Source: Candidatus Methanomethylophilaceae archaeon (GTDB taxonomy: Archaea > Thermoplasmatota > Thermoplasmata > Methanomassiliicoccales > Methanomethylophilaceae). From it: DNA of 64,000 nt. Positions 29,275 to 36,960 of this stretch are shown here, in pieces; positions within the stretch are counted from its first letter, which is position 1, and each line of letters begins with the position of its first letter. The stretch lies in the NCBI GenBank assembly GCA_050944155.1, contig JBMNQN010000005.1, positions 1 through 64,000 of the forward strand. The letters run 5' to 3'. The position numbers and the translations under genes were made by a program. A model generated the notes under the pieces. It saw nothing but the letters and a program-made list of their open reading frames with translations. It was not told the DNA's origin and searched no databases.

Positions 29275-29901
29275 TCAGGAAATCCGGACTGCGGAACCGC
29301 AGGAAGCGGAAGCAAGACCGTCGGTATCCGCGGTTTTATCGAATTTTCTTACCGATGACATTCCTGCGTTGATTACGGGTCCTTTCGGAACGATAGTGCA
29401 GCCTTCGGCGGGACGGACGGATATTTCGTAAGTGCCGATTTTTTTGGCAATCTCTTCGATTTCCAGTTTATCCAGGCCGATAAGCGGTCTTACAATCGGA
29501 AAATCCAGATCCGCGCATTCCGCGCGTATGTTGGCGAGAGTCTGCGATGCCACCTGTCCCAGCGAATCTCCCATGACTATGGCCGAACATCCGTGTTCTT
29601 CGGCGAAAAGTTTCGCGGTTTTCTGCATTGTGCGCTTGCACATAACGCACTGATATCTTGGGTCGCACGTTTTCTTTATCGAAGTCTGGGACGGACCGTG
29701 GGCGGCGGAATAAAGGGGCATTTCCTGTCCCGTTTCTTCCCGCAGACGCTCCGCCAGGTCTTTTACGTTGCGAAGTGACGACGAATCGCAGTAAGGCGAA
29801 TTGTCCATGTGCAGCAGTATGACTTCCCCTCCGGCTTCTGCCGTAAGGTACGCCGCGACAGGAGAGTCTATTCCGCCCGAAATCAGGGCGACCAGTTTCA
29901 G
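29275..29901 (-). CDS. ThiI/TtuI-like PP-loop sulfurtransferase lacking a THUMP domain; probable CTG start
   Basis: The frame extends 31 codons upstream of the track ORF to (M)KLVALISGGIDSPVAAYL. It also has CVMCKR, GDSLGQVASQT, RPLIGLDK and a downstream Cys. Confidence 0.85.
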   Translation of the reverse strand: MKLVALISGGIDSPVAAYLTAEAGGEVILLHMDNSPYCDSSSLRNVKDLAERLREETGQEMPLYSAAHGPSQTSIKKTCDPRYQCVMCKRTMQKTAKLFAEEHGCSAIVMGDSLGQVASQTLANIRAECADLDFPIVRPLIGLDKLEIEEIAKKIGTYEISVRPAEGCTIVPKGPVINAGMSSVRKFDKTADTDGLASASCGSAVRIS

Positions 29902-30056
29902 GTTACGAACCTCCCCGGAGGGTAGGAAGTATCGTATTCCGATTCTTCTTCCTCGGCGAGCATGAGGTAGATGCTTCCCACCATCTCTCTGAGGTCGTTT
30001 ATTTCGGTTCTCAGCTGCAGGATTTCGGCTTTGAGTATGTCTATTTCGTTACTCAT
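29898..30056 (-). CDS. 52-aa coiled-coil/acidic small protein
   Basis: MSNEIDILKAEILQLRTEINDLREMVGSIYLMLAEEEESEYDTSYPPGRFVT; ATGA overlap with csl4, and its stop overlaps the thiI-like start. Confidence 0.7.
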   Translation of the reverse strand: MSNEIDILKAEILQLRTEINDLREMVGSIYLMLAEEEESEYDTSYPPGRFVT

Positions 30057-30613
30057 AGGATTACGTTTCCGTAGTCGTCGGCCAGCTTTCTGGACAGGGA
30101 ATATCTGCATTCGGGACAGTACAGTCCTTTTCCTTTCGGGACCATTTCGGTTTTGCAGGTTCCGCACAGCGATCTGATCACTCCGAGGTGGGGGTCCTTG
30201 GTGGTAAGCTGGAGCGAAGGTGAAATTTCGGTTACTCTGGCTCTTATGAAATCTCCCTTTCTGAGTTCTTTTCCCACGTCGTCCGTGTAGCCCGGGGAAA
30301 TCTTGGAAACGTGAATCGTTGCGTATGTGTCTCCGCCCACCTGTCTCTCCGTGCCTTCTTTGGCTACTACGTCGGCGGTTGCCATTGTGTTCCTTATGTC
30401 GGCAACCACCGCGTATACGATATCCCCTTCCTTCAGGATGTTGGGCGGATTGGGGGTTACCACCCTTGCGACGCATTCCTCGTTATCCAGAATCAGTTCT
30501 CCGATCTGGGATGCATATATTTTCCCGTTTTCCGCGAAGGTGCCGTCGGAAGCAAGATATTCTTCTTCGACCGCAACTTCGTCTCCCGGAAACACTTCGA
30601 TTTTTCCTGTCAT
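30053..30613 (-). CDS. csl4: Exosome RNA-binding subunit Csl4
   Basis: VFPGD...EEY, S1 domain (IHVSKIS...GDFIRARV), LGVI, CxxC...CPEC-RK Zn ribbon. Confidence 0.93.
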   Translation of the reverse strand: MTGKIEVFPGDEVAVEEEYLASDGTFAENGKIYASQIGELILDNEECVARVVTPNPPNILKEGDIVYAVVADIRNTMATADVVAKEGTERQVGGDTYATIHVSKISPGYTDDVGKELRKGDFIRARVTEISPSLQLTTKDPHLGVIRSLCGTCKTEMVPKGKGLYCPECRYSLSRKLADDYGNVIL

Positions 30614-30620
30614 AATAAAA

Positions 30621-31214
30621 TCACCTTATGTTGACCGCAGCCATCTCTATGCTGCGTTTCGCTTCTCTGTGAAATACGAAAGTATGAGGAATATCATACT
30701 TATAAACTTTACAAAGCGACGCCTTTCTGCCCTTCTTTCCGCAGTACTCTTCCACGAAGGGAAAAGTTTCGGCCTTGTGTAGAGAATACACGCATTCGGC
30801 GCATTCCATTGCCTTGTCCAGAAAAGGTCTGTCCGCCCTTCTCGTCTGGCAGCCGAACGGCGGATTCATGAAAACCGTGTCCGCACCTTCGGAGACATCG
30901 GATACGTCCGAAACAACGAATTCTATGTCCGCGCCGGCGGAGACTGCATTCTTTTTTGCCGTCTCTATCGCCTTTTCCGAAACGTCGAAACCGATAACCA
31001 GTCCGGCGCCCAGGAGGGCGGCTCCGACGGCGAAGATTCCTGTTCCGCATCCCAGGTCGATCACTTTCATGCCTTCCACGTCTCCGTCGGAATACGCGCG
31101 GAAGAGAATGTCCGCGGCCACCGAAGCAGGAGTGGGATACTGTTCCAGACGGGGATCGGGGTCGGAAAAAGCCTCCAGTTTTCCGAGAGCGATTTCCAGA
31201 TCTTTCTTTTTCAC
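30621..31214 (-). CDS. METTL5-family methyltransferase
   Basis: KKKDLEIAL, LEQYPTP, DLGCGTG, MNPPFG, YSLH; GTG at 31214 preferred as start. Confidence 0.92.
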   Translation of the reverse strand: MKKKDLEIALGKLEAFSDPDPRLEQYPTPASVAADILFRAYSDGDVEGMKVIDLGCGTGIFAVGAALLGAGLVIGFDVSEKAIETAKKNAVSAGADIEFVVSDVSDVSEGADTVFMNPPFGCQTRRADRPFLDKAMECAECVYSLHKAETFPFVEEYCGKKGRKASLCKVYKYDIPHTFVFHREAKRSIEMAAVNIR

Positions 31215-31281
31215 GGAACCCGAATGTACGCGGAGATAATCATAGTTCTCCCCGGGCGTATCATTTTCACGGTTGGTTATT

Positions 31282-31386
31282 TGATTCACATTCAATCATT
31301 AAAACGGGAAATCGTTAGACATTTGTCTATTCCATCCTTAAAAATAAGCCGTTCATGGGCATATTTAAATCGTGAAAATATATCAC
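31282..31386 (+). promoter_or_regulatory. AT-rich promoter region of the glutamate synthase-like gene with three short inverted repeats
   Basis: TGATT-N7-AATCA (31282-31298), TAGACA-TT-TGTCTA (31316-31329), a TTTAAAT TATA-like box (about 31364-31370) and GTGA-N7-TCAC (31372-31386). Confidence 0.45.
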
Positions 31387-31423
31387 ACATCAAGACAGCG
31401 GGAAGGCTGCCGGAGGAAATCCA

Positions 31424-33028
31424 ATGTATACAATCGAAAATTCCAAATCGACAACGGAAACCACCACGAGGGCCAAAGATGTGTGTCCCACCAACGGAAT
31501 GTGCCCCGTGTGCATCGAAGACTGTCCCGTTATGTGCGAAGTAAGCAAAGGCGCGATCAGAGGAAGAGAGGTTCTCTACCCCAGCCCGGAGCATTTCGGA
31601 AAAAGCACGGCCGCGTCCAACAAGGATTACTTCCTGGACTGGTCCCATTTCCAGATAATGTCCGAACTTCTCGGAGCCAAAGGCATAGAGCCGGATTCCA
31701 ATCTGGCATTCTTCGAAAACGCAAAAATCGATACGGTCGTGGGTTCCAGAGGAAAGAACCCCATCAAGATGGCCGTACCGGTTCACATCGCCGGACTGGG
31801 ATCCACCGCGGTAGCCAAAAAGAATTGGAAGGAGCTCGCTTCCGGCGCGGCGATGGCGGGAGTGTGCCAGGTAATAGGAGAAAACGTCTGCGGAATGGAC
31901 AGTGCAGCGGTATATTCCGGCGGTAAAGTTCAGAGTTCCGAAGACCTCGCATTCCGCGTATCTTCATACACCGACTTCTGGGACGGCGAACACGGATGCA
32001 TAGTCGTTCAGACCAACGTGGAAGACCGCAAGGGAGGCGTGGACGAGTATGCACTTTCCAAACTCAACGTGGACGTAATCGAAAGGAAATGGGGACAGGG
32101 TGCTAAAGCCATCGGAGGGGAAGTAAGACTTTCCACTCTCGAGAGAGCCCTGGAACTCAAGGCCCGCGGCTACATCGTCATGCCGGACCCCGAAGACCCG
32201 TCCGTTCAGGAGGCCTTCAAAGCCGGAGTTTTCAAAACCTTCGAGAGACACAGCCGCGTAGGCTTCCCGGAGCACGATTCCTTCGTCGAAGACGTGGAAA
32301 ATCTCAGATCCATGGGCGCCAAGAACGTTTTCCTCAAAACAGGAGCCTACAAACCCGAAGCCGTGGCATTCACGATGAAAGTCGCTTCGGAAGCTAAGCT
32401 GGATCTCGTTACGTTCGATGCTGCCGGAGGCGGAACGGGCATGTCCCCCGTTATGCACATGAATGAACTGAGCACTCCCACCATATGGCTGTACTCTCAG
32501 GTAATGCAATGTGCCAGAGTTCTGAAGGAGAGCGGAAGGTTTGTTCCCGACATATCCTTCGCGGGAGGATTCATCAACGAGTCCCAGATGTACAAAGCAT
32601 TTGCCCTTTCCGATATGGGAGACGGGCCCGTGTGCAAATCCATAGGAATGGCCCGCGCTCCGCTTACGGCAGCGATGAAAGGAAAGCATTATGCCAAACT
32701 GTCCGCGGAATCCAAACTTCCCGCCAACTTCGTAAAGCAGTACGGCAGCGACCCGTTCACGTACATGATCGAAGCGAAATCCCTGGCCGAAAAATACCCG
32801 GACCTGGAACTGGGCAAGGACATCCCGTGGGGAGGCGTGGCCCTTTACACATATCTGCACGACAGAATCGGAGAGGGTCTCAAACAGCTGATGGCGGGCA
32901 CCCGCAGATTCACTCTGGAATCCATCGAGTACGAAGACATCGTAGCTCTCACGGAAATAGCCAGCAGGGTTACCGGCGTGGAGACCCTGGAAGGCAGAGC
33001 CGCCCGCGTGATGAAAGAATTCCTTTGA
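31424..33028 (+). CDS. FMN-binding glutamate synthase family protein (stand-alone GltB domain 2-like)
   Basis: VIGENV, ERKWGQGAKAIGGE, LKTGAY, DAAGGGTGMSP, AGGF; N-terminal Cys cluster; GGAGG RBS. Confidence 0.85.
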   Translation: MYTIENSKSTTETTTRAKDVCPTNGMCPVCIEDCPVMCEVSKGAIRGREVLYPSPEHFGKSTAASNKDYFLDWSHFQIMSELLGAKGIEPDSNLAFFENAKIDTVVGSRGKNPIKMAVPVHIAGLGSTAVAKKNWKELASGAAMAGVCQVIGENVCGMDSAAVYSGGKVQSSEDLAFRVSSYTDFWDGEHGCIVVQTNVEDRKGGVDEYALSKLNVDVIERKWGQGAKAIGGEVRLSTLERALELKARGYIVMPDPEDPSVQEAFKAGVFKTFERHSRVGFPEHDSFVEDVENLRSMGAKNVFLKTGAYKPEAVAFTMKVASEAKLDLVTFDAAGGGTGMSPVMHMNELSTPTIWLYSQVMQCARVLKESGRFVPDISFAGGFINESQMYKAFALSDMGDGPVCKSIGMARAPLTAAMKGKHYAKLSAESKLPANFVKQYGSDPFTYMIEAKSLAEKYPDLELGKDIPWGGVALYTYLHDRIGEGLKQLMAGTRRFTLESIEYEDIVALTEIASRVTGVETLEGRAARVMKEFL

Positions 33029-33030
33029 AA

Positions 33031-33068
33031 CGGTATCGCGGGACGTCCTCCGGGACGCCCGCGTACCG
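33031..33068 (+). terminator. GC-rich stem-loop directly after the glutamate synthase-like gene
   Basis: CGGTA/TACCG, CGCGGG/CCCGCG and CGTCC/GGACG stack around a 4-nt loop; no U-tract follows. Confidence 0.45.
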
Positions 33069-33150
33069 GCGATGGCTAGATATTTGTACGGATAGCGTAT
33101 AGGGGTCATGCAACCCATCGGACTTGCGTATCTGAAGGGGAGGAATTCAG

Positions 33151-34698
33151 CTGGTAAAGATTAAGAGAGCGGTTATCAGTGTTTCCGACAAAACCGGCAT
33201 TGTCGATTTTGCCGGAGAACTGTCGTCGTCCGGCGCGGAGATAATTTCCACCGGCGGTACCTACAAACTTTTGAAAGAGAACGGAATAAATGCGTCGGAA
33301 GTTTCGGACGTTACGGGATTCCCGGAAATGCTGGACGGGCGCGTCAAGACGCTGCACCCGAAGATTCATGCAGGCATTCTTGCGAGAAGGGATATTCCCG
33401 AGCACATGAAAGCCATCAAAGACATGGCCATCGAAGCCATCGACATGGTCGTCATCAACCTCTATCCATTCAAGGAGACCGTGAAGAGCGGAGCATCCTT
33501 CGAAGACGTAGTCGAAAACATCGACATAGGCGGTCCCAGCATGATAAGGGCGGCCGCCAAGAATTACAAATCCGTAGCCGTGGTAACTAACCCGAAACAG
33601 TATCCCGGCATACTCGAAGAAATCAAAGAAAAAGGAGAGATTTCCGAACCGACGCTGGGAAAGCTCATGGCCGAAGCCTTCTCCGTCACCGCCGAATACG
33701 ATGCAATGATCGCTTCGAGAATGTACGGAAAATTCTGCGAAGGATTCCCCGATTTCTTCCCTCTGCCCAACGAAAAGGTCGGCGACCTGAGATACGGCGA
33801 GAACCCTAACCAGAAAGCCGCTTTTTACATGGATCCGTTCACCGAAGGAAACACCGTTGCGAAGATGAAGCAGCTCCACGGAAAGGAACTCTCTTACAAT
33901 AACATCCTGGATATGGACAAGGCGCTGGATATCGTAACGGACTTCGAAAAACCCACCGCGGTGATAATGAAACACACCAACCCCTGCGGTCTCGCTTCGG
34001 CCGCCACGATAAAGGAAGCTTTCGTAACAGCCTACGCCGTCGACCCCCTTTCCGCTTTCGGATGCGTCATCGCTCTGAACAGGGAATGCGATACGGAAAC
34101 GGCCCAGGAGATGTCCAAACATTTCATCGAAGTCGTCGTGGCTCCGGATTTCTCTCCCGAAGCCTACGAGATTCTGTGCAAAAAGAAGAACATAAGACTC
34201 ATGAAGGCGGGAGCCCCGATAGGACCTGCTTACAGAAAACGGGAATTCAAGATGAAAAAGGTCCAGGGCGGACTGCTGGTTCAGACCGACGAAGACGTTC
34301 CCGTGGACAGAAGCAATCTCAGGGTCATATCCGAGCGCGCCCCCACCGAGGAAGAGATCGACGCGATGCTGTTCGCCTGGAAACTGGTGAAGCACGTGAC
34401 TTCCAACAGCGTGGTTTACGTCAAAGGCGAAAGAGCCGTAGGAATCGGAGCGGGTCAGATGAGCCGCGTCGATTCGGCCAAAATCGCGACGATGAAAGCG
34501 AACGAACCCACCGAGGGGTGCGTCATGGCATCCGATGCGTTCTTCCCCTTCAGGGACGGAGTCGACGAAGCCGCACAGGCCGGCGTTACCGCAATAATAC
34601 AGCCCGGCGGTTCCATAAGGGACCAGGAAGTAATCGACGCGGTGAACGAACACGGAATGGCGATGGTTTTCACCGGATGCCGCGTGTTCAGACACTGA
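33151..34698 (+). CDS. purH: Bifunctional AICAR transformylase/IMP cyclohydrolase; probable CTG start
   Basis: (M)VKIKRAVISVSDKTG...STGGT lies upstream of the track ORF. Also GRVKTLHP, ENIDIGGP, LRYGENP, KHTNPCG, ASDAFFPF, PGGSIRD, RVFRH. Confidence 0.96.
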   Translation: MVKIKRAVISVSDKTGIVDFAGELSSSGAEIISTGGTYKLLKENGINASEVSDVTGFPEMLDGRVKTLHPKIHAGILARRDIPEHMKAIKDMAIEAIDMVVINLYPFKETVKSGASFEDVVENIDIGGPSMIRAAAKNYKSVAVVTNPKQYPGILEEIKEKGEISEPTLGKLMAEAFSVTAEYDAMIASRMYGKFCEGFPDFFPLPNEKVGDLRYGENPNQKAAFYMDPFTEGNTVAKMKQLHGKELSYNNILDMDKALDIVTDFEKPTAVIMKHTNPCGLASAATIKEAFVTAYAVDPLSAFGCVIALNRECDTETAQEMSKHFIEVVVAPDFSPEAYEILCKKKNIRLMKAGAPIGPAYRKREFKMKKVQGGLLVQTDEDVPVDRSNLRVISERAPTEEEIDAMLFAWKLVKHVTSNSVVYVKGERAVGIGAGQMSRVDSAKIATMKANEPTEGCVMASDAFFPFRDGVDEAAQAGVTAIIQPGGSIRDQEVIDAVNEHGMAMVFTGCRVFRH

Positions 34699-34893
34699 TC
34701 AGAGATCGTCCGGATCGTCCGGTATAATGGGCTGTCCAGCGGCCTTGCGCTTCATGTGGCCGCCGGGGCCTCCTCTTGCTTCGAAGGCTTTGTTCAGACA
34801 TTCCTCTTCTTCGCAGACGAATGCCGCGAAGGCAAAACCCTTGGCGGGTTTGCCGCAGAACTGACACTTGTACTCGCTGAAGTCCATGGTCAT
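34699..34893 (-). CDS. Small putative zinc-finger protein (64 aa)
   Basis: CQFCG...VCEEEEC; fills the gap between purH and the hdrC-like gene. Confidence 0.7.
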   Translation of the reverse strand: MTMDFSEYKCQFCGKPAKGFAFAAFVCEEEECLNKAFEARGGPGGHMKRKAAGQPIIPDDPDDL

Positions 34894-34957
34894 GAGAGGG
34901 TGGATTCGATTTCGGGGTAAATAAGTGTTCTTTATAGTTCCGAGGAGATTCGTTTCT

Positions 34958-35386
34958 ATGGACCTGCGGGAGATAGCCGGAATTTACGGATTGGAGAGAT
35001 GCATAGGGTGCCGTTCGTGTACCAAGAACTGCCCCAGCGCAAGGCACGGAGGCATAGTTCCGGACGAAACAATCAAGTCGGTAAGGGAAGGAACCTACGA
35101 CGGGGATCCGTGGAAATGTCTGCAGTGCCACAGGTGCAGTGCCGCGTGTCCGAAGAAGATCGACGTGGCATCCGTAATCATACGCCTTCGCAGAATACAG
35201 ACCGAAGCGGGAAACGTTCCCGAAAGGTTCCGGAGAGTCGGAAAAGTTTATTCGGAAACCGGCGGAACCATGAATGTTTCCCCGTCGGCCGACAGGAACC
35301 GCGGGATCCTGGGACTGGAGCCTCTGTGCGGAAGAACCGACATTCCGAAAAAGGCCGCGAAAATGGGCGGGAGGGAATCTCCGTGA
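34958..35386 (+). CDS. HdrC-like 2x[4Fe-4S] protein
   Basis: CIGCRSCTKNCP and WKCLQCHRCSAACP. Confidence 0.85.
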   Translation: MDLREIAGIYGLERCIGCRSCTKNCPSARHGGIVPDETIKSVREGTYDGDPWKCLQCHRCSAACPKKIDVASVIIRLRRIQTEAGNVPERFRRVGKVYSETGGTMNVSPSADRNRGILGLEPLCGRTDIPKKAAKMGGRESP

Positions 35387-36153
35387 GACTGTTTCCCGGA
35401 TGTACGGTAAATTCCAGACTTCCCTTTGTGGAGTCCGCGGTACGGTATACGGCAAACGTTCTGGGCGAAGAAATCCCCCCGTCCGGATGCAACATATGCT
35501 GTTTCGAACCTTCGGGACTGAAATCCATGAACCCCGAAATGTGGCTGGACGTAGGCAGTCTGATACATTCAGAATACGCCGGCGAAAAACTCGTTACATT
35601 ATGCGAAGGGTGCAACCTTTCCCTCACTTCTTCCGGAGAGATACTTTCGACAGAGGAAGGGCGGGACGCTGCGTCAGCGAGACTGAAAATCGTGAATGCG
35701 GAATACGGGGTGGCGGAAGTAAACGGTCTGCTGGAATTTCTTTATGAAAACAAAGACAAAATCAGAAGTCTGGCACATCCATATTCATACGGCACTGCGG
35801 CGGTATTTCCCGGATGCCACGGCGAATATGCCTACGGCAGAAGGGGACGCAAGGCCGGGGAAATGATGTCCGAAATTCTCGAGTCGATAGGGTGCGACAG
35901 CGTCGAACCGAAGAAACCCATGTGCTGCGGAGGAGGGCTGCAGGGTGTGGACGATAAAATCGCCTCGGAAATACTGGAAGAAACCGTCGGAGAGTTCCGC
36001 AGGACCGCGGACTTCGCGGTTGTTTCGTGCGTATTCTGCTTTCGCAGACTGGATATTTCCGCGAAATATCCCGTGATGCACATCTCGGAAATCGTCGCCC
36101 GTTCCCTGGGTTGGGACGAAGACATGTCCCCCTACCGCAGAACCCCGCTTTAA
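35383..36153 (+). CDS. HdrB-like CCG-domain protein
   Basis: FPGC...CCF...CEGC and FPGC...CCGGG...CVFC, then PVMHISE; GTGA overlap with the hdrC-like gene. Confidence 0.85.
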   Translation: MRLFPGCTVNSRLPFVESAVRYTANVLGEEIPPSGCNICCFEPSGLKSMNPEMWLDVGSLIHSEYAGEKLVTLCEGCNLSLTSSGEILSTEEGRDAASARLKIVNAEYGVAEVNGLLEFLYENKDKIRSLAHPYSYGTAAVFPGCHGEYAYGRRGRKAGEMMSEILESIGCDSVEPKKPMCCGGGLQGVDDKIASEILEETVGEFRRTADFAVVSCVFCFRRLDISAKYPVMHISEIVARSLGWDEDMSPYRRTPL

Positions 36154-36959
36154 TCCAAATCCATGGAAAACTGCACGGCTCTGACGGAATGTGTAAGGGA
36201 ACCCATCGAAATCAGATCGGCGCATCCGTATTCGGCAACGTTGTCCAAGGTTATGTTTCCGGAAGCTTCTACGAGAATGCGGGGATTGATTTTTCTGACC
36301 GCGTCCCTGAGTGCGGGTATGTCTTCCGGCGGCATGTTGTCCGCCATGATTATGTCCGCGCCCATCTCCGCCGCGGTGACGGCGTCTTCCGCGGAGCCGA
36401 CTTCAACCTCGATCTTGAACTGAAACGGAGCCTTCGAAACCTTTTCCATTGCCCCGCGGACGGAACCGCAGGTTTTGATGTGATTGTCTTTTATGAGAAT
36501 CATGTCGTCCAAACAGAACCTGTGGCACTCTCCGCCTCCGAGGGCTACGGCCTTCTTTTCGTATTTGCGGAAGCCGGGCGTGGTTTTCCTGGTTCCGCAG
36601 ACCTTCGCTTCGGATCCTGCGGATTTCAGAATCTCGTTCGCTTCGGATACCGCCGTTGCGATGCCGCTCATTCTCATAAGGAAGTTCAGCGCCGTGCGTT
36701 CCGAAGTTATCAGCCCGCGGGCGGGTCCGCTTACGGACATTATTCTCGTTCCGGCTTTCACGTGGTCGCCGTCCTTCGCGAAAGAAGAGACGTCGGCTCC
36801 GGCGATGGAAAATATTTCGGCGGCTTCTTCGACACCCGCAAGCACGGCGTCCTCTTCGCATACTATCGACGCCCTTCCGTTCACGTCGGGAACGGTGAGC
36901 TCGGCGGTTATGTCTCCCCTTCCGATGTCTTCTTTAAGAAAACGAATCAAATCGTTCAT
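36150..36959 (-). CDS. nadC: Quinolinate phosphoribosyltransferase
   Basis: EDIGRGDIT, ERTALN, TRKTTPG, HRFCLDD...KDNH, EVEV, EASG. Confidence 0.96.
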   Translation of the reverse strand: MNDLIRFLKEDIGRGDITAELTVPDVNGRASIVCEEDAVLAGVEEAAEIFSIAGADVSSFAKDGDHVKAGTRIMSVSGPARGLITSERTALNFLMRMSGIATAVSEANEILKSAGSEAKVCGTRKTTPGFRKYEKKAVALGGGECHRFCLDDMILIKDNHIKTCGSVRGAMEKVSKAPFQFKIEVEVGSAEDAVTAAEMGADIIMADNMPPEDIPALRDAVRKINPRILVEASGNITLDNVAEYGCADLISMGSLTHSVRAVQFSMDLD

Positions 36960-36960
36960 G

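Noticed and set aside
33068-33130. GGCGATGG and small hairpins upstream of purH as a fluoride or ZTP riboswitch
   Set aside because: The remaining consensus elements of both riboswitch classes are absent.
34704-34722. GATCGTCCG direct repeat
   Set aside because: It encodes PDDPDD in the small zinc-finger protein.
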